Part shown: piece after piece, positions 44,479 to 54,977 of the stretch
How the letters are laid out: each line of letters starts with the position of its first letter
Position numbering within the stretch: the first letter of the stretch is position 1
Program-made: the position numbers and the translations under genes
NCBI GenBank assembly: GCA_942493075.1
Contig: OW818681.1
Location: 5,622,779-5,686,778, forward strand
Source: an uncultured Verrucomicrobiota bacterium
GTDB taxonomy: Bacteria; Verrucomicrobiota; Verrucomicrobiia; Limisphaerales; UBA8199
Direction of reading: 5' to 3'
DNA length: 64,000 nt
The notes under the pieces: model-generated
The model's database searches: none
The model's input: only the letters and a program-made list of their open reading frames with translations
Told to the model about the DNA's origin: nothing

Positions 44479-46476
44479 TTACATTTCTGTAAAACTGTCC
44501 TCAAGCGCGGTGTCTACGCGCCTATTGCTTGTGATCAAGGTGGGTTTCGAAACGCCAGCCCGGGCTTTAACGGAATGCCCGTTGCCTTGGAATGGGGAGC
44601 CTGAGTTAACCGGACGTGTGGCACGGCTCGGAAGGGATCGATCGATGCTGGATGACTTAGTCTTGGCCGTCTGGCCGTCCACCAGTTGAAGCAGATCAAC
44701 GACAGCCTCTTTCATGGACTGGGCCTGGGCATTCAGTTCCTCAGCAGCCGCAGCGCTTTCCTCTGCATTAGCGGCGTTGGCTTGAGTAACCTTGTCCATC
44801 TGGCTTACCGCGGTATTGATTTGGCTGATTCCCTGGCTCTGCTCCCTCGAAGCACCCGCCACCTCTGAGGCGATTGCGTCAACCTGCCGTACCTTGGCGA
44901 CGATATCATTGAGTGCTGAAGCGACGCGCGCACTGATTTCGACTCCCAGAGCGCTCTTCTGGATGGCTCCTTCGATCTTCTGAGAAGTCTCCTTCGCGGC
45001 GACCGCGCTGCGTTGAGCGAGGTTTCGAACCTCCTCAGCAACGACGGCAAACCCCATCCCCGCTTCCCCCGCCCTTGCCGCCTCTACTGCTGCATTGAGC
45101 GCCAGCAGGTTCGTCTGAAAGGCAATCTCATCGATCGTTCTAATGATTTTGGCGATTTCATCACTGCTGGCTTTGATCGCATCCATGGCAGTGCTCATGG
45201 TTTGCATATCGCTGACTCCACGCTCGGCGGCCAACCGCGCTTCTTTCGCGAGGTCGTTGGAGCGCTGGGTGTTCTCTCCGTTCCGTTGCGTCATCGACGC
45301 CATCTCTTCGAGTGATGAACTGGTTTCCTCCAACGAAGCGGCTTGCTCACTCGCGCCTTCTGCCAGGGACTGACTGGAGGAAGATACCTGTTCGGCGGCA
45401 CTCACGGTCTGTTCCGCCCCGCTTGAAAGTTGCTCAGCAACGCGGCGAACCGGACGAGTGATCGAGCGGGTGATAACCAAGGCAAGGCCCGCACCAACCA
45501 GGAGAGCAATAACTAATCCAATAATGACCACACGCGATGCGCTGGCGAGCAAACCGGCCGCATCTGAAGACACCTTGGCAGAGGATTCCATACTGTTGCT
45601 TGCCGCTTGCTGGGCCTGCTGCAATCCGGCATCGCCGACCGCCACGCGCCTCTGGTTTATCTGGTCCCGCTCCTGCCAATGAGCAAGCAGGCTCGCCATC
45701 GCATTGGAATAGCGTTGACCAGCAGCTCGGCACTCCTCGATTTGCTTCAAATTGGTTTCCTGACGTGTGATCGCCTTAAGCTCATTGAGCTTTTGATAGA
45801 CTTGCGCGAACTTCTGCTGGGCTTCCTGTAAGTGATTCAAATTCCGTGTGGATTGCGCCTTGAAGTTCCCGATCCGAATCTCCTGTCCGAGCATCAGAAC
45901 GTCGTAAACCAGGTTAATCTTGAGCACGCGGTCTTCCAGAACCGATACGCTTGCGCTTTGATTGGTACGCAGATGTTCCTTGAGGGTTTCATTCTGGATG
46001 CCCAGGAAATCGCTGGCCTGTTTCATGTACGCCTGGGCCGCTTCATCCATTAACTGGCGGTCTCTGTTTAATCCCTCAATAATGCCCAAGGTATCCTGGG
46101 AAAGCTTTTCATACTCCGCCGCTTTTGCAGCCGCAAGGTCAGCCGCTTCCTTTAGAGAACCCAGAGTTTTAACCCCTGGTTTGGAAGCCATGTCTCGCGC
46201 CGACTCAAGAGACTTGGCGAGTTGTGCCATGCTCGTGCGGGCTCGCGTCAGGTAGTTCGTTTCCTCGCTATAGGAATACCCACGCATTTCATACATCGTG
46301 CGGGCAAACTCGCGCTCCACTTTGTTTGCAATCGCAGCGGCAGGCATGCTCTCCTGGGCCAGGACTGAGGTGTCTTTCTTTACATCGGACATTCGCCAAA
46401 CGGCTGTTGATCCCAGCAGCACGCAAATACCAATCAAACACCCAAAGCCCAGCAGAATCTTAGTTCCCAGTTTCAT
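44479..46476 (-). CDS. methyl-accepting chemotaxis protein (paralog of 19107..21020)
   Basis: TM1 '[20 protein letters not shown]', a ~290-aa periplasmic helical region, and TM2 '[20 protein letters not shown]'. Signalling hairpin '[43 protein letters not shown]'. Confidence 0.9.
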   Translation of the reverse strand: MKLGTKILLGFGCLIGICVLLGSTAVWRMSDVKKDTSVLAQESMPAAAIANKVEREFARTMYEMRGYSYSEETNYLTRARTSMAQLAKSLESARDMASKPGVKTLGSLKEAADLAAAKAAEYEKLSQDTLGIIEGLNRDRQLMDEAAQAYMKQASDFLGIQNETLKEHLRTNQSASVSVLEDRVLKINLVYDVLMLGQEIRIGNFKAQSTRNLNHLQEAQQKFAQVYQKLNELKAITRQETNLKQIEECRAAGQRYSNAMASLLAHWQERDQINQRRVAVGDAGLQQAQQAASNSMESSAKVSSDAAGLLASASRVVIIGLVIALLVGAGLALVITRSITRPVRRVAEQLSSGAEQTVSAAEQVSSSSQSLAEGASEQAASLEETSSSLEEMASMTQRNGENTQRSNDLAKEARLAAERGVSDMQTMSTAMDAIKASSDEIAKIIRTIDEIAFQTNLLALNAAVEAARAGEAGMGFAVVAEEVRNLAQRSAVAAKETSQKIEGAIQKSALGVEISARVASALNDIVAKVRQVDAIASEVAGASREQSQGISQINTAVSQMDKVTQANAANAEESAAAAEELNAQAQSMKEAVVDLLQLVDGQTAKTKSSSIDRSLPSRATRPVNSGSPFQGNGHSVKARAGVSKPTLITSNRRVDTALEDSFTEM

Positions 46477-46747
46477 AGTTCTAGTCTAATGCTGAGTATC
46501 GGCTGTCATCAGGTTCAGTTAAGAAAAGAGAACCTTACAACCCGTCGGGAAAACCTGACATGAGATGTAGGGTTTTCCGTACAGACCGAGGCATAACTCC
46601 GTTTGGATGCGCCCCTTGCTCCAAGCACTCCCGGCCCATCCGTAAAAAAACTGATTGTGTTAGGGGCGGGGGCAGATCATGATGACATCGCTGAACAGCC
46701 ATCCGGGAGCTGTTGAGCTGCAAAACTTTCTGTTATACTAACCCTGG

Positions 46748-46778
46748 AACCAGCGGCTTGTAGAGCGCTGGTTTTTTT
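46748..46778 (+). terminator. hairpin + T7 tract, oriented as a plus-strand intrinsic terminator in a region whose flanking genes are both on the minus strand
   Basis: AACCAGCG-gcttgtagag-CGCTGGTT followed by TTTTT; with the TT that closes the stem this makes a T7 run at 46772-46778. The run abuts the stop codon (46781-83) of the minus-strand gene. Confidence 0.45.
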
Positions 46779-46780
46779 GT

Positions 46781-48841
46781 TTAGGGGGCCAGCGGCGACT
46801 GGCGATGGACTCGGAAGAAACCACCAGGACTGCTTTGATTTGTTGCCAACATTGTCCAGTACCCTGTAGCCAAGTTGCTCGCTGACAACACTGCCCAATC
46901 CTTCAGATCGTAGGAATGTTCGACTCGGTACACATTGCCAGGTACCGCTTCCCACCGGATGGCAATGGCCTCTTGGTTGCGGTCCAAGCTCAACAACCTA
47001 AAGGGCTTGGCGTAGGGGTTTGCAAAAGTAACCAGCACAGGAAGATGGTCCGATGCTGTCGCGGAATCTCCCGAAAGCAGCGGCGGAGGGGGATTGGGCA
47101 AAAGATCCGAACGAAACACCTGACTACCGATCACGTTTGACCACAGCAGTGCGCACGGAAGCACGTAATCAAAACGGACAGTCATTTTCGTTTGGATAGA
47201 CAAGGTCAGGTCGCTGCCGGAGTATGGGTTGGCAGGGGTGGTCAGGCGCAGGCCGGTAGGCAAACTTGTCAGGGTTTGGATCGGAAACCGGGTGGTGTAT
47301 CGATTCGTGTCTGGCCGATTGATATCTTCATTCAGGTCACCGCACAACACGTAGCCTTGAAGGTGATTGGTGGGCAGCCATGCCGTGGTCAAAAAGTTGG
47401 AGATGGCGGCAGCCTCGGCCCCGCGTCGCAACGCATCATTCTCCGGGCTGTCGGTGGTCGCCTTTAGGTGGGTCAAGAACACGTTAAACGGCTGCGGAAA
47501 AAAAGGCACGGCCACCTGCGCATGAAACAAGTCGCGAGCGAAGTGGTTCGTGGAGCCAAAAGGTTGGAGAGAGATTCCGTCCAGCCAACTGCGTGAAAAG
47601 AGAATAGGCCAGCGGCTCAGAATCACGCTGCGGGTGTAGCCGTCCGTACCCGAATTTCCTGCTAGATGATACCCCGGCAACCAGACATGGATGAAATTGG
47701 TCATCTGCCACCATTGGTTGTAAGGCAACTCGTTGAAGGCCAGCAGGTCGGGCTTCAGGAAAGCCATGGTACGGCCGATAGCCTGAACCTGCGCTGAGTT
47801 CGTGCTCCAGTCCGTCGCGCCATTTCCCTTCAGATTGTACGAAACAATTGTCAGGGTTTCGTCGGGACGCGGCGCAGCGTTGACAGTGATCAAGGCCGGT
47901 TGACTTGCAACAACTCCTGCGCGATTGCTCGCTATCATTACATACTGGCCACCTTGATAACGGGTGATGCTCTCCCAGTTTAATGTCGATGTGCTTGCCC
48001 CCAGAAGGTTGGTTCCGTTCTGTTGCCACTGGTAATACAAAGGTAGTGAGCCTAACGCACTTGCCTGCAGATGTACGGGGTCCCCTTCAGAAACGATCCG
48101 GCTTTGGGGCTGCTCAACAATCCTGGGCGAATCAAGCCGGGCACTCCCCGGCAAGACATCGCTGAAATTGGTGCCAACCCGCAGCAGATCGATCTCGTAA
48201 GCGCCCATGGAGGCGGACTCGCGCAGTGCAAAACATAGGACGGTTCCAGGCGTTCCGAAGTCAGCGGCGCTGATACTTGGGCTACCCTCGCTCGCTGGTT
48301 CAATCCAAAGCGTAGTATTCGCGTTGTTGAGTGCGTAACGCAGCACGACCAGGTAGTCGGCATTGATGCTGAGTTGGTTGGTTGCGTAGGTGCCAGTATT
48401 TGACGTCTCCGCGATGCCCAAGCGAAAAAAGCCCGGTGCCGCTCCGTTCGTAGAGGCAAACAGTTTCCCCGCGTAACCCGATGTTCCTGCGCCTTTGAAA
48501 TGGGCCAGGTATTCTCCTGTCCCAGTTGGGAGCCGCTTTGCGTGGAGAATGAGCCCGGTGTAGAGATCGATGTTGGTGGCCGCCAGGTAGGGGCCGCCAG
48601 GCAGGTTCAGAGAGATGTCTTCTGTGCTGCTCTGGGAGATGAAAGCCCGACCGCCAACGATTTGAACCTGGCCGGTCGTGCCGCTATGAGTCCACCATTC
48701 CGAGGCGGGCGCACCCACGAGTGGGCCGTCCGAGTAATCGAAGTTCTCAACAACCAATGGGGCAGCCAGGAGTTGGACGCTCCCGCACACCATCGCCAGG
48801 CCGGCTAAATAGGATCTCACAACAAAGCCTGAGCGTGACAC
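46781..48841 (-). CDS. secreted multidomain protein: N-terminal jelly-roll-like region + Ig (I-set-like) + EEP nuclease/phosphatase domain + C-terminal F-F-R-V module
   Basis: GTG start with signal peptide (MSRSGFVVRSYLAGLAMVCGSVQLLA). Ig domain 'PRIVEQPQSRIVSEGDPVHLQASALGSLPLYYQWQQNG...YVMIASNRAGVVAS'. EEP motifs 'LTIVSYNLKGNG', 'LAFNELP', 'CGDLNE' and 'ASDHLPV'. The protein ends '...GGFFRVHRQSPLAP'. Confidence 0.75.
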   Translation of the reverse strand: MSRSGFVVRSYLAGLAMVCGSVQLLAAPLVVENFDYSDGPLVGAPASEWWTHSGTTGQVQIVGGRAFISQSSTEDISLNLPGGPYLAATNIDLYTGLILHAKRLPTGTGEYLAHFKGAGTSGYAGKLFASTNGAAPGFFRLGIAETSNTGTYATNQLSINADYLVVLRYALNNANTTLWIEPASEGSPSISAADFGTPGTVLCFALRESASMGAYEIDLLRVGTNFSDVLPGSARLDSPRIVEQPQSRIVSEGDPVHLQASALGSLPLYYQWQQNGTNLLGASTSTLNWESITRYQGGQYVMIASNRAGVVASQPALITVNAAPRPDETLTIVSYNLKGNGATDWSTNSAQVQAIGRTMAFLKPDLLAFNELPYNQWWQMTNFIHVWLPGYHLAGNSGTDGYTRSVILSRWPILFSRSWLDGISLQPFGSTNHFARDLFHAQVAVPFFPQPFNVFLTHLKATTDSPENDALRRGAEAAAISNFLTTAWLPTNHLQGYVLCGDLNEDINRPDTNRYTTRFPIQTLTSLPTGLRLTTPANPYSGSDLTLSIQTKMTVRFDYVLPCALLWSNVIGSQVFRSDLLPNPPPPLLSGDSATASDHLPVLVTFANPYAKPFRLLSLDRNQEAIAIRWEAVPGNVYRVEHSYDLKDWAVLSASNLATGYWTMLATNQSSPGGFFRVHRQSPLAP

Positions 48842-48845
48842 CGCC

Positions 48846-49742
48846 CTAGCTTACGATCCAGCTCAGGATGGACTTCTGCACGTGCAACCGGTTCTCCGCC
48901 TGATCAAAGATGGTCTGCGCATGGGCTTCGAACGTTGCCTCATCGATCTCTTTTCCCCGGTAAGCCGGCAGGCAATGCATCACCAGGGCGCCGGGATTCG
49001 CGCGCTTCACCATATCCCCATTCACCTGGTAGCCCTTGAGCTTGCTCAACCGTTCGGCCGATTCTGCTTCCTTGCCCATGGATACCCACACGTCTGTGTA
49101 GAGAACATCTGATCCACTGACGGCCTCGGACACATCGCGGAGGCAGCGCACGTGACCCCCTGCCCGCTTTAATAGGCTGGCGTCCGGGTGAAACCCATCT
49201 GGAGCGGCGATGCGCAATTCAAATCCAAGCTTTGCGGCGGCGAACACCCAGGAGTTGGCCACGTTACACGCGCCATCTCCAATGAATGTGATCACCTTGT
49301 CTTCCACCCTTCCCAGCTTCTCCTGGATGGTGAACAGATCCGCGAGGATCTGGCATGGATGCTCCTCATCCGTCAGGGCGTTAATGGTCGGTATTTTGCC
49401 AAACCGGGCAAACTCTTCGACTTCAGCCTGACCAAACGTGCGAAACACAACACCATGGACCATCCGACCGAGAACCCGGGCGGTGTCCTTGATCGGTTCG
49501 CCGCGGCCTAATTGAATCTCCGAGGCAGGCAGGAACAAAGATTCGCCTCCCAACTCCCGAATACCGACTTCAAATGACACCCGTGTGCGTGTGGAAGCTT
49601 TGGAGAACACCATGGCCCAGGTCTGACCGGTCAGCGGCTTAACGGGATGATGCCCGCGTTGAGCCTTGATCTGTTTGCTGTCCCGAAGGATAGCTTTGAT
49701 GTCCTCGATCCCCAATGCTTCGATACTTAGCAGGTGTTTCAT
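48846..49742 (-). CDS. argF: ornithine carbamoyltransferase
   Basis: 'SKASTRTRVSFE', 'HPCQILADL', 'DVWVSMG' and 'HCLPA'. Confidence 0.9.
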   Translation of the reverse strand: MKHLLSIEALGIEDIKAILRDSKQIKAQRGHHPVKPLTGQTWAMVFSKASTRTRVSFEVGIRELGGESLFLPASEIQLGRGEPIKDTARVLGRMVHGVVFRTFGQAEVEEFARFGKIPTINALTDEEHPCQILADLFTIQEKLGRVEDKVITFIGDGACNVANSWVFAAAKLGFELRIAAPDGFHPDASLLKRAGGHVRCLRDVSEAVSGSDVLYTDVWVSMGKEAESAERLSKLKGYQVNGDMVKRANPGALVMHCLPAYRGKEIDEATFEAHAQTIFDQAENRLHVQKSILSWIVS

Positions 49743-49773
49743 GGTAGTTATTCAGGCAGGGCCGGTAAAAGCG

Positions 49774-51069
49774 TTAGTGCGCGCTGGCCAGAGGACCCAG
49801 CACCTTATCGAATATGTCCAAGGCCTCCTGGGCTTGTGTGGGCTGCAGATTCAGCGGCGGCAGGAAGCGGATCACCTGGGCGCCCGAAGGCACTGTGAGC
49901 ATTCCGGCGTGCTGGAGTTGCACAGTCATCCGTATAGCCTGCATCTTGGCAGGATCACCAGGCAGGTTCTTGATCTCCGGCTGGAGTTCAACACCCAGCA
50001 TCAAGCCAAGCCCCCGCACGTCTTTAATGAGTGTCGGGTACTTCTCTCTTAGCTTAAGAAAACCTTGCTTGAGTGACTCGCCCAGTTTCCGGGCGTTGTC
50101 CTGCAACTTTTCCTGCTCGATCACTTCCAGAACCTTCAGTGCGACAGTGCATGCCAGGGGCGTGCCGCCGAATGTCGTTCCGTGAGTGCCGGCGCCGAGC
50201 AGATCCCCATAAGGCTTCCGTATCCAAAAAGCGCCCATGGGAAAACCGCCCCCAAGCGATTTCGCCATCGAAATGCCGTCCGGCAGAAAATCGGCTGCAC
50301 CTGGAACGCCCTCCAGAATCCGCTGGAACGCTTGAAAACGGCCGGTCCGGAAGTGACCGTCCTGAACGGCGTCCATCAGCAGGAGCATTTTCCGTTCATT
50401 GCACAGCTTGCGGAGCCCGAGCAAATATTCAACCTCGGCGGGGGTCACCCCACCCTCACCCTGGATACCCTCGATCAAAATCGCGGCAGTTGCCGGCGAA
50501 ATGGCTTGTTCCACGGCCGCCAAGTCGTTATACGGAACTTGGCGAAAGCCCGGTACCAGCGGCTCAAACCCTTTCCGCACTTTTTCCTGACCCGTGGCAG
50601 CGATGCCTGCCAACGTCCGGCCATGAAACGAATTGAAAGCAGTGAGCACTTCGAACCTGCCCTCGTCATGTCCAAACTTCCTGGCCAGTTTATACAAGCC
50701 CTCATTGGCTTCCGCACCGCTGTTGCAGAAGAACACTTTTCCTGGGGCGATCAATGAGACCAGTCGCTGAGCCAGGCGGCCTTGCGGTTCGTTATAATAG
50801 AGATTGGAGACGTGCACCAGCTTGCGGGATTGCTCAATCATCGCCTCGGTGATCGCAGCGGGGGAATGTCCCAAAGCACAAACGGCGATTCCGCCACCCA
50901 TGTCCAGGTAGCGTTTCCCGGCCATATCCCATACGTAACTTCCGGAACCATGGCTTAACACCAAGTCAAACCGGCCGTAGCTGGGCACCACGTTCTCGGC
51001 AAACAAAGCCTGCACGGACGCGGTGTCATTCCGCACCAAAGGCGGAGGCGCTGGCACTATTTCTTTCAT
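49774..51069 (-). CDS. argD: acetylornithine aminotransferase (class III PLP aminotransferase)
   Basis: 'FFCNSGAEANE', 'LLLMDAVQDGHFRTG' and the PLP-Lys context 'ISMAKSLGGGFPMGA'. The arg-cluster context supports the call. Confidence 0.85.
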   Translation of the reverse strand: MKEIVPAPPPLVRNDTASVQALFAENVVPSYGRFDLVLSHGSGSYVWDMAGKRYLDMGGGIAVCALGHSPAAITEAMIEQSRKLVHVSNLYYNEPQGRLAQRLVSLIAPGKVFFCNSGAEANEGLYKLARKFGHDEGRFEVLTAFNSFHGRTLAGIAATGQEKVRKGFEPLVPGFRQVPYNDLAAVEQAISPATAAILIEGIQGEGGVTPAEVEYLLGLRKLCNERKMLLLMDAVQDGHFRTGRFQAFQRILEGVPGAADFLPDGISMAKSLGGGFPMGAFWIRKPYGDLLGAGTHGTTFGGTPLACTVALKVLEVIEQEKLQDNARKLGESLKQGFLKLREKYPTLIKDVRGLGLMLGVELQPEIKNLPGDPAKMQAIRMTVQLQHAGMLTVPSGAQVIRFLPPLNLQPTQAQEALDIFDKVLGPLASAH

Positions 51070-51129
51070 CTTGTTGTCGTAAAGAAAAATCTAATCCTTA
51101 TCCAATCGCAACGCTGTGTGAAGTGTTTT

Positions 51130-52005
51130 TTATAGCACTACTTCAGTACCGACCCCTTCGTCGGTGAAAATTTCCAGAAGCAATGAGTGGGAAACCCGTC
51201 CGTCAATGAACGCGACCTTCTCCACCCCGCTCTTGATGGCAGCCACTGCGCTGTCCACTTTCGGGATCATGCCCTTATCCACCACCCCGGTTTGTTTGAG
51301 CTTCTCGACCTCGCTGACTGCCAGGTTCGAAATAACCGAATCCGGGTTCTGTGGGTTCTGGAGCAGGCCGGGCACATCGCTCATGAAGAACAGGCGCCGT
51401 GCTGTCAAAGCGATCGCAACTTGCGCGGCTGCCACGTCGGCGTTGCAATTGTAGATTAGGCCGTCCTCGCCTTTTGCGGTGGGGCTAATCACCGGGGTGA
51501 TGCCCTTCTGAATGCATTCGATTAGGGGCGCAGTATTCACCGAGATCACCTCGCCCACAAAACCAAGATCGATTACCTGGCCATCCGGCCCCTTCGGCTG
51601 CGCCTTGCGGCACGTAAAGATGTCCGGACCAGCAAAGCCTTTGGCCACGCCGCCAAATGCGTTGATGGCCGCGACCACTTCCGGGTTGATCTCCCGCGAA
51701 AGCACGTTATCCACGATCTCGACCGTGGCGGCATCTGTCACGCGCTGGCCCTGGATGAAATTGGCCTTAAGTCCCGCTTTTTCCATGGCGCGTGTGATGG
51801 CTTTTCCACCGCCGTGCACCACGATGGGATTGATCTCGACCGCTTCTAAAAACACGATGTCGCGGGCCACCCCTTTGCGCACCGTGGGGTCGGGCGAATC
51901 CATGAAACTACCGCCATACTTAACGACAAAGGTTGCCCCGCTGAACTTCTGGATGTACGGGAGGGCCTCCAGCAGGGTGTTCGTTTTAGCAATTAGGTTT
52001 TGCAT
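51130..52005 (-). CDS. argB: acetylglutamate kinase
   Basis: 'FVVKYGGS', 'VVHGGG' and 'YNCNADVAA' are amino-acid kinase family motifs. Located in the arg cluster. Confidence 0.9.
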   Translation of the reverse strand: MQNLIAKTNTLLEALPYIQKFSGATFVVKYGGSFMDSPDPTVRKGVARDIVFLEAVEINPIVVHGGGKAITRAMEKAGLKANFIQGQRVTDAATVEIVDNVLSREINPEVVAAINAFGGVAKGFAGPDIFTCRKAQPKGPDGQVIDLGFVGEVISVNTAPLIECIQKGITPVISPTAKGEDGLIYNCNADVAAAQVAIALTARRLFFMSDVPGLLQNPQNPDSVISNLAVSEVEKLKQTGVVDKGMIPKVDSAVAAIKSGVEKVAFIDGRVSHSLLLEIFTDEGVGTEVVL

Positions 52006-52017
52006 GTTGAAAATGAA

Positions 52018-53352
52018 CTAGCCGCCGAGCGAGCCCGGATCGGTCACATTGCCTTTATTAAAATCCACATACTCTTCGGTCAGATCCGCCGCGTACATGA
52101 GCGCAGATGCATCGCCGAGGTTCAGGTTGATATGCAGGTCAAACTCCCGCGGAGCGACCGCCGCGCATAGCTCCTTGAAGGTGGCCTTCGTCGGCTGCCC
52201 TTTCTTCAAACTCCAGAGCACCTTGCTGACGCCGGGAGCGCTATACCCGATATCTACCTTCTCTTCCACGACCTTTGCTGCACTATATCCGACCGCGTCA
52301 ATAATCCGGCCCCAGTTCGGGTCGCCGCCATGCCAGCTTGTTTTAACCAGGGCGCTGTTCGCCACCGCGCGGGCCGCGGCATCGGCATCCTTGAAATTGC
52401 GAGCGCCTGAAACGCGCACCGTGACGAACCGGGAAACCCCTTCCCCGTCACGCACGATCATTTTGGCCAATTCCAGGCAAACATGATTCAAAGCACCTTG
52501 GAAAACGGCGGCATCGGATGACCCGGCTTTCCCAACGGCGGCCATATTATTCCCGGCCAACCCGTTCGCCAGCACCAGCACGGTATCATTGGTGCTCATA
52601 TCTCCGTCCACCGTGATCCGGTTGAAACTTTGCGCCACGGCCTCCTTGAGCGCCTTCTGCAGAGCGCCAGGAGCGACGGCAGCATCCGTCGTGATGAAGC
52701 AAAGCATCGTGGCGTGTAATGGCATAGCCGCCGGGCGCTTCCCAGTCGCGCTCATCCCGGGTTGAATCATTCCTGCGCCCTTGCACATGCCACCGAGCCG
52801 CACTTTCTTGCCGCCCAGCTTGAACTCCACCGACACTTGTTTTGGGCGCGTGTCGCTGGTCATGATCGCTTCGACTGCCTGGTTCGCGTGCTCAGGGGTG
52901 TTCCCCAGCAACGCGGCAGCCTCCACGATTCCAGCCCGCACGTTATCCATCGGCATGGTGACACCGATTCGCCCGGTGCTGCCCACAAAACCGAGACCAT
53001 GTGTAAGATCCAGGGCCGCCTCTGTGAAATTAACCATTTCGAGGGCATCAGCCATGCCCTGCTTGCCGGTGCAGGCATTAGCATTCCCGCTGTTGATCAC
53101 CACGGCTTGTGCCCAGCCCTTTTTCACACGGCTGACGCACACTTTCACCGGCGCTGCGCACGTTTGGTTTGTGGTGAACATTCCAGCGACAGCCGCAGGC
53201 ACCTGGGAAACCAGCAGCGCCAGATCGCGCTTCTTCCCTTTATCCGAGCCCTTGCCTGTCCCCAGGCGCTTGATATCACAAAATACACCAGCCGCCTGGA
53301 AGCCTTGCGCGGCCAAGATCGCCCCCGGCACGTCACGAAACAGTTTCTTCAT
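52018..53352 (-). CDS. argJ: bifunctional glutamate N-acetyltransferase/amino-acid acetyltransferase ArgJ
   Basis: 'GFQAAGV', 'NSGNANACTG', and the autoproteolytic site context 'HATMLCFITTDA'. Confidence 0.9.
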   Translation of the reverse strand: MKKLFRDVPGAILAAQGFQAAGVFCDIKRLGTGKGSDKGKKRDLALLVSQVPAAVAGMFTTNQTCAAPVKVCVSRVKKGWAQAVVINSGNANACTGKQGMADALEMVNFTEAALDLTHGLGFVGSTGRIGVTMPMDNVRAGIVEAAALLGNTPEHANQAVEAIMTSDTRPKQVSVEFKLGGKKVRLGGMCKGAGMIQPGMSATGKRPAAMPLHATMLCFITTDAAVAPGALQKALKEAVAQSFNRITVDGDMSTNDTVLVLANGLAGNNMAAVGKAGSSDAAVFQGALNHVCLELAKMIVRDGEGVSRFVTVRVSGARNFKDADAAARAVANSALVKTSWHGGDPNWGRIIDAVGYSAAKVVEEKVDIGYSAPGVSKVLWSLKKGQPTKATFKELCAAVAPREFDLHINLNLGDASALMYAADLTEEYVDFNKGNVTDPGSLGG

Positions 53353-53362
53353 AGTTTTAGGA

Positions 53363-54424
53363 TTAAATCAGCCCAGCCGTTTCCGGAAAGCCGCACATCA
53401 GGTTGAGGCTTTGCACCGCCTGGCCGCTGGCGCCTTTAACGAGATTATCTTCAGCAGACATCACGATGAGGCGTCCGGTGCGTGGATCAAGCCGCCAGGC
53501 AAGTTCCAGTACGTTGGTACCAACCACGTTCTTTGTGTCGGGGAGCGCTTTTCCCTCTAACAACCGCACAAAAGGCTCCTCGGCGTAGGCCGCCTTGTAA
53601 CACGCTGCCAGTTTTTCACCGTAGCTGGCGAGCGCGCCCGGTTGGCGAATATCTGTCGCAGGTTGCAGGTAAAGCGTCGTGAGAATTCCCCGATTCACCG
53701 GAATAAGGTGAGGAGTGAATTGTAGTGTCACCGGTTGCCCGGCCGCCACGGACAATTCCTGCTCAATCTCCGAGAGGTGCCGATGTTTCGGCAGCCCGTA
53801 AGGCCGGACACTTTCGTTGCATTCGACAAACAAGTAGTCCAGTTCAGCCTTGCGGCCCGCACCACTGACACCGCTTAAGGAGTCGGCAATGATTCCTTCC
53901 GGCTTCACCAGGCCTGCGCGCAATAAGGGAAGAGTTGGCAGCAAAATGCTCGTGGGATAACACCCAGGCGAGGCCACTAGTGCAGCCTTCCTGATTTGAT
54001 CCCGGTAAACTTCCGGCAAACCATAGACGGCCTGCGTTAGCAATTGAGGCGCGGGATGCTCATGGGCATAGAATTCCTTGTAAACCTCTGGGTTGCGCAC
54101 CCTGAAATCCGCGCTGAGATCGATAACGGAACAGCCGGCTGCCACGAGCGGTTGAGCATATTCCGCAGCCACACCATGAGGCAGGGCCAGGAAGACAACA
54201 TCAGCCTGTTTGGCCAGGAGTTCGGCGTTGGGCTCACTGAAACGAAGAGCCTTGGCGCCCGGGTGATGCGCGAACTTAGGGAAGATCTGGGCCAGTGACT
54301 GCCCGGCGTATTGGCGGGAAGTGACCGCTGTGAGTTCCGCGCACGGGTGGGAGAGCAACAGGCGGACCAGCTCCTCACCGGAATAACCGGAGGCGCCGAC
54401 AACACCAACTCGTTTCTTATTCAT
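53363..54424 (-). CDS. argC: N-acetyl-gamma-glutamyl-phosphate reductase
   Basis: 'VGVVGASGYSGEEL' and the catalytic Cys in 'VASPGCYPTS'. First gene of the arg cluster. Confidence 0.9.
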   Translation of the reverse strand: MNKKRVGVVGASGYSGEELVRLLLSHPCAELTAVTSRQYAGQSLAQIFPKFAHHPGAKALRFSEPNAELLAKQADVVFLALPHGVAAEYAQPLVAAGCSVIDLSADFRVRNPEVYKEFYAHEHPAPQLLTQAVYGLPEVYRDQIRKAALVASPGCYPTSILLPTLPLLRAGLVKPEGIIADSLSGVSGAGRKAELDYLFVECNESVRPYGLPKHRHLSEIEQELSVAAGQPVTLQFTPHLIPVNRGILTTLYLQPATDIRQPGALASYGEKLAACYKAAYAEEPFVRLLEGKALPDTKNVVGTNVLELAWRLDPRTGRLIVMSAEDNLVKGASGQAVQSLNLMCGFPETAGLI

Positions 54425-54493
54425 AGTAAAGCCACAAATTCATTCCGACCAATAGCAAAGGGAAAGTAGAACCACATCGAACGGTGTAAAAGC

Positions 54494-54524
54494 AAAAAAC
54501 CCCGCCGGGACTTTGCCAGCGGGG
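54494..54524 (-). terminator. rho-independent terminator downstream of rpsI
   Basis: Minus strand reads CCCCGCUGG-caaaguc-CCGGCGGGG (one G.U pair) followed by UUUUUU. It lies 20 nt after the rpsI stop and about 70 nt upstream of the argC start. Confidence 0.7.
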
Positions 54525-54544
54525 CTTGGAAACTTTGCGAGCGA

Positions 54545-54961
54545 TTAACGTTTGCTGAATTGGAACCGCTTGCGTGCGCCCGGCTGGCCGTACTTCTTGC
54601 GTTCACGCATACGGGGATCGCGGGTGAGCAATCCCTCGGCTTTGAGGACCGGACGGAAATTGGCGTCCACAGTGAGCAGGGCCCGAGCAATGCCGTGCCG
54701 GACGGCATCGGCTTGGCCGAATGGACCGCCACCACGCACATTGACCAGTGCGTCATACTTATCGCCCATGCCAGTGACGGTCAGGGGCGCCATCGCGGTG
54801 GCGCGTTGGGACTCAACCGGGAAATACTTTTCAAAAGCGCGGCCATTCACCACGATCTTGCCAGTGCCAACCGAAAGGCGAACACGGGCGACAGCGGTTT
54901 TGCGGCGCCCAGTGCCCAGGTTGGCCGCGGTCTTGTTCTCGGGAATTTTAATGTCAGACAT
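54545..54961 (-). CDS. rpsI: 30S ribosomal protein S9
   Basis: '[12 protein letters not shown]', '[19 protein letters not shown]' and the C-terminal '[18 protein letters not shown]'. Confidence 0.95.
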   Translation of the reverse strand: MSDIKIPENKTAANLGTGRRKTAVARVRLSVGTGKIVVNGRAFEKYFPVESQRATAMAPLTVTGMGDKYDALVNVRGGGPFGQADAVRHGIARALLTVDANFRPVLKAEGLLTRDPRMRERKKYGQPGARKRFQFSKR

Positions 54962-54977
54962 ACCAGAAAAGATTCAG

